Below, piece after piece: positions 1-7,825 of a stretch of 64,000 bases of DNA. The DNA is from Candidatus Woesearchaeota archaeon (lineage in GTDB: Archaea > Nanobdellota > Nanobdellia > Woesearchaeales > ARS49): assembly GCA_038884575.1 (NCBI GenBank), contig JAWABQ010000001.1, forward strand, positions 33,730 through 97,729, read 5' to 3'. The position numbers and the translations under genes are program-made. The stretch's first letter is position 1, and each line of letters starts with the position of its first letter. The notes under the pieces were generated by a model. The model did not search any database. It saw nothing but the letters and a program-made list of their open reading frames with translations, and had not been told where the DNA came from.

Positions 1-1
1 G

Positions 2-214
2 CGAGCAGAATGAGTTGGGGTCAGGCTGAAGCAAAGGGTCAAGGAACTGGCTTATTGCCTCAAGCCTTTCGCCAATCTTCCGCCTTATATTTCTAAGGAG
101 GAACACCGGCTTTTCTATTGATGATATTTCAAACTCCCTGTCTACGATGCTGAAATCAGGAAGGCTGAGCTTTTTCTTCAGCTCATTGTAGTGGTGCTCT
201 ATGTCGGTTGGCAT
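2..214 (-). CDS. hypothetical protein, N-terminal fragment (gene continues beyond the left edge)
   Basis: My own reverse-complement translation gives an ATG at 214-212 followed by 71 open codons to the edge (MPTDIEHHYNELKKKLSLPDFSIVDREFEISSIEKPVFLLRNIRRKIGERLEAISQFLDPLLQPDPNSFCS). It is not in the ORF track because it is truncated. No family recognised. Confidence 0.35.
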   Translation of the reverse strand, partial: MPTDIEHHYNELKKKLSLPDFSIVDREFEISSIEKPVFLLRNIRRKIGERLEAISQFLDPLLQPDPNSFCS

Positions 215-293
215 GATGCGTTGCTTGATACAGGGGTATTTATTGGTTGCGGTAAGCGAATGGTTTATAAAACAGGCGCTGTTGCACAAAATC

Positions 294-653
294 ATGGCTT
301 ACCAGCAGAAATGCATAGCATGCAGGAAGAATATGGTCTTGATTACTTATTACAAGCAGCGGCCCGTCTGCCTGGAATGCGAGATGAAGGACATCAGCGA
401 TGAGATAACCGACAAGAAATGGAAAAAATTCTTTGACATTGACCCTGAATTGTACAAGAAAAGCTCTTTTTTGCGGAGCATCAAGAGGAATTATTTGCGG
501 CAGGGTATGCTGACAGCAAAGCAGAAGGAAATGTTCCTGAAAGTCGTCAAGGAAGGCGCGCAGGGGCTGCCGAAAAGGAAGAAAAATGAGGACAAAAATA
601 CTGAAAGCGAACAGGCAGGCAATAGCCAAAGCAGCGAAAATTCTGAAGAATAA
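294..653 (+). CDS. small zinc-ribbon protein with a basic/acidic low-complexity tail
   Basis: The internal ATG at 294 of ORF 201..653 gives MAYQQKCIACRKN...RPVCLECEMKD, i.e. CxxC...CxxC. A TATA-like ggtttataaaa sits at about 264-274, 20-25 nt upstream, which fits a leaderless start. The 3' end overlaps the sua5 start by 68 nt. Confidence 0.5.
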   Translation: MAYQQKCIACRKNMVLITYYKQRPVCLECEMKDISDEITDKKWKKFFDIDPELYKKSSFLRSIKRNYLRQGMLTAKQKEMFLKVVKEGAQGLPKRKKNEDKNTESEQAGNSQSSENSEE

Positions 654-1569
654 CGGGATAGTTGCCTTTCCAACAGAAACGGTTTACGGGCTTGGCGCTG
701 ACGCGTTCAATGCCGCTGCTGTCAGAAAGGTTTTTGCTGCAAAAGGGAGGCCTGCAGACGACCCTTTAATCGTCCATGTCAGCTCAGTATCTGATGCTGA
801 AAAGGCGGTGAAGAAAATCCCTGCTGTTGGCCGCAGGCTGATGAAAAAATACTGGCCGGGACCTTTGACGCTCGTGATGCCAAAATCCAAAAGAGTGCCT
901 GCAGTTGTGACTGCAGGCCTGCCGACAGTTGCTGTTCGAATGCCTTCGCATCCTGTTGCGCTTGCGCTGTGCAGGGCGGTTGGGCCAATCGCGGCGCCAA
1001 GCGCAAACACTTTTGGAAAACCATCACCGACAAGGGCGATGCACGTTTATGAGGACTTGAAAGGAAAAATACCCCTAATCATTGACGGCGGAAGCACAGA
1101 CATCGGTGTTGAGTCAACAATTGTCTCACTTGCAGGAAAACCAAGATTGTTAAGGCCTGGAAAAATAACAATTGAGCAGCTGCAAAAGTTTTTGCCTGAC
1201 ATTGAGATTGTCACAAAAGCCGTAAAAAAGCCCCTTGCTCCAGGAATGAAATACAGGCATTATTCACCGAAAACGCCGGTTGTTCTTGTCTTGAAGCCAA
1301 CCGCAAGGAAAATTGCAGGGCTTGTGAAAAAAGAGCAGGGCAAGGGCAAAAAGGTCGGGCTTTTGTGCGCAGGAAGGTATCATGCTGGTGCCGAAAGGGT
1401 TATAATAATCGGCAAAACGCCAGAGGCATTTGCAAAAAGGCTTTTTGAAGCACTAAGGTGGCTTGACTCGCAGAAGCTTGACGTAATAATTGCAGAAGGA
1501 CTGCCTGAAAAAGGATTTGGGCATGCAGTAATGAACAGATTGAGAAGGGCTGCCTCAAGAGTTATTTGA
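586..1569 (+). CDS. sua5: threonylcarbamoyl-AMP synthase (Sua5/YwlC/TsaC family, long form with Sua5 C-terminal domain)
   Basis: 327 aa. It shows the typical N-terminal VAFPTETVYGLGADA, KGRPADDPLIVHV and the PSAN motif region, plus a C-terminal extension. Confidence 0.9.
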   Translation: MRTKILKANRQAIAKAAKILKNNGIVAFPTETVYGLGADAFNAAAVRKVFAAKGRPADDPLIVHVSSVSDAEKAVKKIPAVGRRLMKKYWPGPLTLVMPKSKRVPAVVTAGLPTVAVRMPSHPVALALCRAVGPIAAPSANTFGKPSPTRAMHVYEDLKGKIPLIIDGGSTDIGVESTIVSLAGKPRLLRPGKITIEQLQKFLPDIEIVTKAVKKPLAPGMKYRHYSPKTPVVLVLKPTARKIAGLVKKEQGKGKKVGLLCAGRYHAGAERVIIIGKTPEAFAKRLFEALRWLDSQKLDVIIAEGLPEKGFGHAVMNRLRRAASRVI

Positions 1570-1612
1570 ACAAGAATCTTTAAATACCCTCTGCTTAGAA
1601 GGTTTCCTTATC

Positions 1613-1684
1613 GCCTCCGTAGCTTAGTAGCATAGCACCTGCCTTGTAAGCAGGAGGTCAGGGGTGCAAATCCCCTCGGAGGCT
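1613..1684 (+). tRNA. tRNA-Thr (anticodon UGU)
   Basis: Hand-folded cloverleaf. The acceptor is GCCTCCG/CGGAGGC with discriminator T. The anticodon stem is CCTGC/GCAGG with loop CTTGTAA. The T-arm is AGGGG-TGCAAAT-CCCCT, so the T-loop reads TGC where TTC is expected (G at position 55). CCA is not encoded. Confidence 0.85.
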
Positions 1685-1685
1685 T

Positions 1686-2186
1686 TCAAAATCTTTCCAG
1701 ATTGAGGTATGCCTTTACCTGGTTCTTTGCATCAAGGGTGTCATTGCGCACGCTTGTTATGAAGCCGCTAAGGAATGGCGTGTAAACATACTTCTCGAAC
1801 AAGGACCTGAGCACATAGAATACGGGTTGTGTTTCCCACTTGTGCTCATAGTCTGTTTCAAGCCAGGAATCAAAAGTCACAACAACCTTTCCCTTCTGCA
1901 TCTTCTTCTTGTGGCCGTCCTTTGTGATCTCAACATCAGTGAGGTTGTGGCATGTCAGGTGTATGCGTATGACGCTTTTTGCATAGTCAGTGAACTTCTT
2001 GTACGGCTCAAGCTCAAGCTCAACATGCTTTCCTGCCTTTGTCACGCTCTCCATTGCGCGCTTTTCAATAGGACCATAACCCTTGTCGCTGATCCAGCCA
2101 TATAAAGTCTTGTAAAGCTCCTTCAGGCTGAATATGCCCTCGTAAACCACTTGCTCGTGCTCTATTACCGGCCGCTTTTCAACCAT
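1686..2186 (-). CDS. hypothetical protein, member 1 of a tandem three-paralog family
   Basis: 166 aa. It shares a pattern with the next two genes: F..(K)ELY..L..W...GY, a central ...DVE(I/V).KDG.KKKM..G.V.. block, and DY..K.. C-terminal helices. Its start overlaps the upstream stop by 1 nt (TGATG). Confidence 0.7.
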   Translation of the reverse strand: MVEKRPVIEHEQVVYEGIFSLKELYKTLYGWISDKGYGPIEKRAMESVTKAGKHVELELEPYKKFTDYAKSVIRIHLTCHNLTDVEITKDGHKKKMQKGKVVVTFDSWLETDYEHKWETQPVFYVLRSLFEKYVYTPFLSGFITSVRNDTLDAKNQVKAYLNLERF

Positions 2187-2677
2187 CAGCTCACCTCTAC
2201 GCCAAGCACTTCCTTGATTGCTGCCAATAGCTCTGTCTGCTTTAGGAGGAGGTCATCCTCCCAAACATCCTTTATGGTCTGCCTTATAATATACTTTTGG
2301 TAAATGTCATGCAGCCACTGAATGAACTTATTGCCCTTGAACCTCTTTGAGTAATCAAACTCAAGGTATGCGCCAAGCTCAAGCTGGATGTTGCCCTCAT
2401 CCATCTTTTTCTTCTCCCCATCCTTAATGACCTCGATTTCCTTGAGGTCGCGAACCCATATGTGGAGCTCAATAACATACCTTACATATTCTGTGACTTC
2501 GCGCTCGCCCTTTATTTCATATTCTGCCTCATCAGCCTTTATCTTGTACTTTGAGGCGTGGAACTTGTACCTGTTGTCAGTAAACCAGTTATGAATAACA
2601 TCCATCATTTCTTTTTTGCTGAAAACGCCCTTGTGCTTCAAATAAAGCGTGGGGGAAGGGTCTTTTTCCATCGCCAT
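2186..2677 (-). CDS. hypothetical protein, member 2 of the tandem three-paralog family
   Basis: 163 aa with the same motif pattern (EIEVIKDGEKKKMDEGNIQLELGAYLEFDY). Confidence 0.7.
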   Translation of the reverse strand: MAMEKDPSPTLYLKHKGVFSKKEMMDVIHNWFTDNRYKFHASKYKIKADEAEYEIKGEREVTEYVRYVIELHIWVRDLKEIEVIKDGEKKKMDEGNIQLELGAYLEFDYSKRFKGNKFIQWLHDIYQKYIIRQTIKDVWEDDLLLKQTELLAAIKEVLGVEVS

Positions 2678-2711
2678 GGATGGAAGAATTCAATTAGTGC
2701 CTATTTAAATC

Positions 2712-3314
2712 TTACTCGGGAACGCGCTTTGGCCAGAATTCAGGCACTTCCTTTGTGGGAAGGAAAGTCTCAATTGTCAAATACGTGTTGAGCGCATCGC
2801 GGAACTGCATTGCCTCATTGTACAGCTCCTTCTCAAGCATGTCAAACTGCTGCTTCCAAAGCCTGTTAAAAAGCAGCTTCTTGATGTCCTTGAAAGCACC
2901 CTTCTCAAGCATTTTCTCAGGGTCCTTCACAAGGTTTGCAACAACGCTTATCTCAACCTCGCCCTGCTGCGCCTTGTACTTTTTCCCTGCGATGACAACC
3001 TCAACATCCTTCATCGTCAGGACGTGGACATCTATGTCAAGGTCAAAGCGCCAGAGCTTGTTGTTTTCCAGCGGCTGCTTTGTCGGGCGCCAGCGCCACC
3101 ATATCTCCTTGCCGCCAAATGTCGGGCCTTCCTTGTGAAGGTAGTATTTTTCAGGAAAAGCTGAGTCGTCCCTTGAGGCATAGCCGTGCTCCACAAGCCA
3201 CTCATGCATCAAAAGGTAAAGGTTGGCCATATGGAAGACATCCTTGCGGTCAACCACGTATTTAGTAACAGTCTTGTAATCCATCCCTGTATAGCGGTGC
3301 CTTACGAGCGCCAT
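2712..3314 (-). CDS. hypothetical protein, member 3 (divergent, longer) of the tandem three-paralog family
   Basis: I chose the ATG at 3314 (MALVRHRYTG...) over the ORF-track start at 3380. That leaves a 78-nt divergent promoter region containing agtttataag before the GTPase gene. It shares the LMHEWLVEHGY and DVEVVIAGKKYKAQQGEVEI blocks. Confidence 0.6.
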   Translation of the reverse strand: MALVRHRYTGMDYKTVTKYVVDRKDVFHMANLYLLMHEWLVEHGYASRDDSAFPEKYYLHKEGPTFGGKEIWWRWRPTKQPLENNKLWRFDLDIDVHVLTMKDVEVVIAGKKYKAQQGEVEISVVANLVKDPEKMLEKGAFKDIKKLLFNRLWKQQFDMLEKELYNEAMQFRDALNTYLTIETFLPTKEVPEFWPKRVPE

Positions 3315-3392
3315 TGTGTCCAAACTTTGTCGAACAGGTTTAAAAGACTTTCTACGCAAAAGTTTATAAGAAACATTCAAGAAGCCTTATTT

Positions 3393-4583
3393 ATGCAAGT
3401 CGGAGTGGTTGGCAAGGCAAATGTTGGAAAGAGCACCTTCTTCAAGGCGCTGACAATGGCAGAAGTGCTCATAGCAAACTATCCCTTTGCAACGATAGAG
3501 CCGAACAAGGGGTTTGCATTTGTCAGGGTGGAATGTGTTGACAGGGATTTTGGCGTGCAGTGCAACCCTCGGTTTGGGCACTGCGTAAACGGCACAAGGT
3601 TTGTGCCGGTTGAAGTGATGGATGTTGCAGGGCTTGTGCCAGGCGCGCACCTTGGAAAAGGGATGGGAAACCAGTTCCTTGATGACCTCAGGCAGGCGCA
3701 CGCGCTCATACATGTTGTTGACATGGCAGGCACAACAAATGAGAAAGGCGAGCCCATAGAGCCAGGCACGTATGACCCTGCATTTGATGTAAAATTCCTT
3801 GAAGTGGAGCTTGACTACTGGTACCTTGCAATCCTGAAAAAAGGGTGGGACAAGCTTGCCAGAAATCTGCAGCACGAGCACAAGGAGATTGCAAAGGCGC
3901 TCGCAACCCAGCTGTCAGCGCTTGGGGTCACAGAGGCGATGGTTGGTGACGCGATAAAGCAGCTCAGCCTGAGCGGGGACGCAACAGCATGGACAGAGGA
4001 GCAGATGCTGCAGATGTCAACAATTCTCAGGAAGAAAACAAAGCCAATGCTCATAGTCGCCAACAAGATGGACATCCCCACCGCAAAAGCCAACCTTGAG
4101 CGCGTAAGAAAGCAGTTCCCTGACTACATCTTTGTACCTTGCTCCTCAGAAAGCGAGCTTGCGCTGAAAGAGGCCTCAAGAAAAGGGCTCATAGAATACT
4201 TGCCTGGGGGAAAGGACTTCAAGCCAACAGGCCAGATGCAGCCAGCGCAGGAAAATGCGCTGCGGTTCATAAAGGAAAACGTGCTTGATGCTTTTGGCTC
4301 AACAGGAATCCAGCAGGCAATCGATACAGCAGTATTTGAGCTCCTGAAATACATCGCAGTATTCCCAGGAGGGGTCACAAAGCTCGCAGACCAGTTTGGA
4401 AACGTGCTGCCTGACTGCTTTTTGCTGCCCTCAGGGAGCACAGCGCTTGACTTTGCAGCAAAAATCCACACAGACCTTGCAAAGAACTTTGTCGCTGCAA
4501 TTGACGTAAAGACAAAAAGAAAAGTCGGAAGGGACCATATCCTCAAGCACAGGGATGTTATTGAGATACTGACAAGCAAATAA
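3393..4583 (+). CDS. Obg-family P-loop NTPase (YchF/Ygr210-like) with a C-terminal TGS domain
   Basis: The start at ATG 3393 gives MQVGVVGKANVGKSTFFKALT (G1 motif), followed by DVAGLV (G3) and NKMD (G4). The C-terminal region looks TGS-like (...GSTALDFAAKIHTDLAKNF...). The ORF-track N-terminal extension (3186-3392) overlaps the divergent gene and is not protein-like. Confidence 0.85.
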   Translation: MQVGVVGKANVGKSTFFKALTMAEVLIANYPFATIEPNKGFAFVRVECVDRDFGVQCNPRFGHCVNGTRFVPVEVMDVAGLVPGAHLGKGMGNQFLDDLRQAHALIHVVDMAGTTNEKGEPIEPGTYDPAFDVKFLEVELDYWYLAILKKGWDKLARNLQHEHKEIAKALATQLSALGVTEAMVGDAIKQLSLSGDATAWTEEQMLQMSTILRKKTKPMLIVANKMDIPTAKANLERVRKQFPDYIFVPCSSESELALKEASRKGLIEYLPGGKDFKPTGQMQPAQENALRFIKENVLDAFGSTGIQQAIDTAVFELLKYIAVFPGGVTKLADQFGNVLPDCFLLPSGSTALDFAAKIHTDLAKNFVAAIDVKTKRKVGRDHILKHRDVIEILTSK

Positions 4584-5570
4584 CTATCTGGCTTTTCCAA
4601 TTCCTGACGCCTGCTGAATGTCTATGACTCCAAGCGCCCTGTCAAGGATTAAGAAGTTCCTTGTCTGGTTCTTGCCGTTGTTCTTTGCAACATACAAAGC
4701 CCTGTCAGCCTCCTTCAGCAAAGTCTCAGGGGAAACAGAGGCATTCATGCAGGTCGCAATGCCTATGGATATTGTTGTCGGGAATTTCTCCATAACAAGT
4801 CCCCTCAGGCGCTCTGCAAAGGCAAAAGCATGGTCATGCTGGGTTTCAGGAAGGATGATTGCGAATTCCTCGCCGCCATAGCGCGCAGGGACATCAATTG
4901 CGCGAATGGTTGCCCTCAAAACCTCGCCAAGCTGCTTGAGCAGGTTGTCGCCCTCAACATGGCCGTAAGTGTCATTGTGCTCCTTGAAATTGTCAAAGTC
5001 AAAAATAACAAGCGAGATCGGCCTTTGCGACCTCTGCGAGCGCGCAACCTCATTCTTCAGGGCCTCAAGGAAGTATGCCTTGTTGTACAGGCCTGTCAGG
5101 GCGTCTGTCATTGCAGAATGCTGGGCATTCTGGTAGCGCTGGGCCCTGCCAAGCGCAATGGAAAGCTTGTCAAGAAGCATGGAAATTATGTCTGTGCTGA
5201 GCAATTGCGCTGAAAAGCCAAGCACAAGAGTGGCAGCGTGCTTTCCCTGCAGCCTTACAGGAAAAGCATAAAGCTGCGCCTTTACCTGCTCTGCATCAGG
5301 CACATGGGAGGTAAGCACGTCCTTTGCTGCATTGGCGACAATGACAAGCGTATTGTTCTGGCTCACATGGGTATGCAATGCCCTGCTCACAGCGAGGAAA
5401 ATGTTGCTTGCAGGCACTTCTGAAATGTTTGTGCCATTCACCCAGAAAGCGCAATGGTCTGGCTTGAAAACGCGGCTCATGAAGTCAGCTGTCTGCTGCA
5501 GCAACTGCTCCACTGTGGTGGCAGAATTAAGGCAGTCAAGATAATTCAGAAGGATGTCTTTCTGGTCCAT
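4584..5570 (-). CDS. diguanylate cyclase (N-terminal GAF-like sensor plus GGDEF domain)
   Basis: 328 aa. The motif string is DALTGLYNKAYF...ISLVIFDFDNFKEHNDTYGHVEGDNLL...IRAIDVPARYGGEEFAIILPET, which contains the GGEEF active site and an RxxD I-site exactly 5 residues upstream. A TATA-like catttatac (read on the minus strand) lies about 25 nt upstream of the ATG. Confidence 0.9.
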   Translation of the reverse strand: MDQKDILLNYLDCLNSATTVEQLLQQTADFMSRVFKPDHCAFWVNGTNISEVPASNIFLAVSRALHTHVSQNNTLVIVANAAKDVLTSHVPDAEQVKAQLYAFPVRLQGKHAATLVLGFSAQLLSTDIISMLLDKLSIALGRAQRYQNAQHSAMTDALTGLYNKAYFLEALKNEVARSQRSQRPISLVIFDFDNFKEHNDTYGHVEGDNLLKQLGEVLRATIRAIDVPARYGGEEFAIILPETQHDHAFAFAERLRGLVMEKFPTTISIGIATCMNASVSPETLLKEADRALYVAKNNGKNQTRNFLILDRALGVIDIQQASGIGKAR

Positions 5571-5670
5571 ACTGCCCTCTTATGTGTTGCTGTATAAATG
5601 GATTATTGTATTGCAGGGATAAGAATAGAAAAATAACTAAAAAAACAAAAAACAATGCGATTACAGCTGC

Positions 5671-6141
5671 TTATGGCGTGCAGCAGTAAAAGTCTTCGTA
5701 GCCTGCAGGAACCCTGCCTTCGCTGCCCACATTCGGGTTTTCGCCTGACCTTATGCAGTTTTCTCCAGCGTTTGGCGCTGTCATCTTAACCACATATGGC
5801 GGGTACGGGCACGGGTTGTCCTTTATGGGCCCTGTGCGCTTGTAGTCAGAGTCATATGTCGGCACAGGGACTGGCGCTCCGCCTGTGTCCTGAATGCGCT
5901 CAGGGAACACATACCCTGCTCCTGCATAGACCCTGTTGTCGCTATAGCGTACAAAACCCATTGGGTCCTGGTACTGGTCAAGGTCGTGAGCGATTTCTCC
6001 GCCGCCGTAAACCTTTGCGTACTGATTTGCAGCAGCCACTTTTGCTGTTGCCCCCTTGAACAAAAGGACAAGGCCGACAACTGCAATAACCGCGACTATT
6101 CCGAGAATCGCATACGCAACTCCCTTGCTTTCTTCTGCCAT
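5671..6141 (-). CDS. small N-terminally membrane-anchored Cys-containing protein (paralog of 9231..9686)
   Basis: 156 aa beginning MAEESKGVAYAILGIVAVIAVVGLVLLF, with a C-terminal ...EDFYCCTP. GAGGTGA lies 7 nt upstream of the ATG. Confidence 0.7.
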   Translation of the reverse strand: MAEESKGVAYAILGIVAVIAVVGLVLLFKGATAKVAAANQYAKVYGGGEIAHDLDQYQDPMGFVRYSDNRVYAGAGYVFPERIQDTGGAPVPVPTYDSDYKRTGPIKDNPCPYPPYVVKMTAPNAGENCIRSGENPNVGSEGRVPAGYEDFYCCTP

Positions 6142-6148
6142 GGTTTAT

Positions 6149-7303
6149 TCACCTCTTTGGTTGTTCTTGATTTGGTTGATTAGTATATAAATTTTTGCTC
6201 AGCATATCAATAATGCGCTGCCTGAATCTCTGCAAATCAGCAGGCCTGAAGTGCGCGCCTGCGGCAGGGATGTGGCCTCCGCCTGCAGAGTCCTTAAGCC
6301 CCTTAACGGCATTCTTGAGCAGCTCGTTCATTTTGATGCGCCTGCTCCTGCACCTTCCGGAAACCCTGATGATGTCCCTGTTCTTCTCAACAAGGATTAT
6401 TGCGAAATCCTCGTATTTCGGGTTAAGCGAGAGCATTGTGGAAACAGGCGAGTTAATGTGGTATTTTGGAGTTATTTCATACCATATCATCCTGAGCTTG
6501 TCATCCTTTTGCATAAGCTTTGGCGCATTTTTTATCCACGCGCTTACCTCCTTCTCAAACGACTTCCTGAGCCCGACAAGCTTTTTGTTCTTGAGGATAT
6601 CAGCCGGCGATTTTGCCTTCATAAGGGCATCATAACAGTAATTGATGAACTTGTCGTCGATAATCATCGCGGCAAGCAGCAGCTCTGAAACCTCGCCAAG
6701 CTCAGTCCTGAACCAGTCCTTTGGGTTTGGCTTGAGATTATGGCGCTCAAAAACCTGTGCAAGGAATTCAGGCCATGCGCTTCCTGCCATGTCACCAATG
6801 AGGCCGACTGATGCAATCCAGCCAAACTCCTCCATTCCCGCATGCCTGTTCGCAAGGTCATATGCAATCTTGCTTGCAGGATACCTTGAAGGGTCAATGT
6901 CGTCTGCCAGCAGCTGGGGCATTGCAAGCACAGCCCTTTCAGACGTTATGTCCTGGAAAAAAGTGTGGTGGTCAATTATCAATGCCTCGCACTGTTTTTC
7001 AAGGCGCTTCAGAGACGCTGCATCCTCGTGCACAGGCAGGTCTGTAAAAATGGCTTTGGAGACTTTTTTTGATTTCAGGAGCTTCAGGAGCTCGGGTGAA
7101 ACAGAATTGCGCACAAACTTCCTTGTCGCATAATGAAAATCAGCAGGCTTTCCCCGCAGGCGCTCAATCATCCTGCTGAGGACAACTGCAGAGCACAGCC
7201 CGTCAGGGTCTGCATCATGGATTATTGCAATCCTTTCTTTTGGCGAGAATGACATGAGAAATTTGTCAATTCGCGCCCATTGCTCAGGGTTTTTCGGCAG
7301 CAT
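6149..7303 (-). CDS. DHH/DHHA1-family phosphoesterase (NrnA/RecJ-like)
   Basis: 384 aa with the motifs IIHDADPDGLCS (DxD), LIIDHH (DHH) and GGGHIPAAGAHF (DHHA1 GGGH). Confidence 0.85.
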   Translation of the reverse strand: MLPKNPEQWARIDKFLMSFSPKERIAIIHDADPDGLCSAVVLSRMIERLRGKPADFHYATRKFVRNSVSPELLKLLKSKKVSKAIFTDLPVHEDAASLKRLEKQCEALIIDHHTFFQDITSERAVLAMPQLLADDIDPSRYPASKIAYDLANRHAGMEEFGWIASVGLIGDMAGSAWPEFLAQVFERHNLKPNPKDWFRTELGEVSELLLAAMIIDDKFINYCYDALMKAKSPADILKNKKLVGLRKSFEKEVSAWIKNAPKLMQKDDKLRMIWYEITPKYHINSPVSTMLSLNPKYEDFAIILVEKNRDIIRVSGRCRSRRIKMNELLKNAVKGLKDSAGGGHIPAAGAHFRPADLQRFRQRIIDMLSKNLYTNQPNQEQPKR

Positions 7304-7328
7304 ACGGCATCACAGCCCGCTGCAGAAT

Positions 7329-7371
7329 AAAAAAGGGGCGCGTACCAGAACTAGAATTGGCGATACGCGCC
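7329..7371 (-). terminator. hairpin plus oligo-U terminator-like element at the 3' end of the ncRNA candidate
   Basis: On the minus strand, GGCGCGUA...UACGCGCC forms an 8-bp perfect stem (7337-7344 pairs with 7364-7371). It is followed by CC and UUUUUU (plus-strand A-run 7329-7334). Confidence 0.5.
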
Positions 7372-7722
7372 TGGTGAGAGAGGGGGATGAATGTGATTTC
7401 ATTTTTTTCCTCATGAGTGTGATCCAGGACAGGCATTTCCTGCCCTGGGGTGATTTTTCGGGGTGGCTGCGCCCTGTGCGCGCCAACGCAACTCACGCAA
7501 TGCCACGCCGTGATGCCTTTGGTTCTCTGTTATCACTGCTACCCGGCCCTGTTATCTCCACTGTTTCTTGAGCGGGATTATCTTTGCGATGAACAAGCTG
7601 AAAGGGATGTGCCCGGGCCTTAGCGGTTGTGTGTTGGCGCTCAGCAGCCGGGTCAATGGTCCGCGAACGCAAGTTTGTGCGCCGTTGCATCGTGCGCTCG
7701 CGCCCTATTTGTTTTTGCTCAT
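7329..7722 (-). ncRNA. structured ncRNA candidate of unknown class (size range of RNase P RNA or SRP RNA)
   Basis: This is an ORF-poor gap of about 520 nt in an otherwise packed genome, and it is visibly GC-richer than its flanks. I found a long-range helix by hand: plus-strand 7633-7649 is complementary to 7465-7487, giving 6+8 bp around an internal loop on the minus-strand RNA. There are several local hairpins (for example 7424-7448), a terminal hairpin with a U-run, and a TATA-like gtatatataat (minus strand, about 7747-7756) upstream. The class could not be assigned by eye. Confidence 0.55.
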
Positions 7723-7760
7723 CTGGATGTGTATTAGGCAAAAGAATTATATATACATAA

Positions 7761-7784
7761 CGTACTTATAATATTATTAGTACG
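7761..7784. promoter_or_regulatory. 24-bp near-perfect palindrome (candidate operator) in the promoter of the AbrB-PhoU-like gene
   Basis: CGTACTTATAAT|ATTATTAGTACG has 11 of 12 symmetric positions paired. It lies about 40 nt upstream of ATG 7826, inside the AT-rich divergent promoter region. Confidence 0.45.
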
Positions 7785-7825
7785 GCTAATATATACTATT
7801 AATAGTGCAGAAAGAGGTGGTTTTG

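Noticed and set aside
586-653. The 68-nt overlap between the Zn-ribbon ORF and sua5, considered as a possible programmed frameshift or fusion.
   Set aside because: I saw no slippery sequence or downstream structure. The sua5 N-terminus from ATG 586 is of normal length, and the overlap is more simply explained by a low-complexity, poorly constrained tail of the upstream ORF. It is left as two overlapping CDS at reduced confidence.
3186-3392. The long N-terminal extensions of the GTPase ORF (from 3186) and of the third paralog (to 3380).
   Set aside because: The two extensions overlap each other on opposite strands and would eliminate the divergent promoter. The conserved P-loop N-terminus starts at ATG 3393.
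7254-7741. ORFs of 105 aa (+), 70 aa (-) and 82 aa (-) in the 7.3-7.7 kb gap.
   Set aside because: The translations are Arg/Pro/His-rich with no family resemblance. The region has the base-pairing and GC enrichment of a structured RNA instead.
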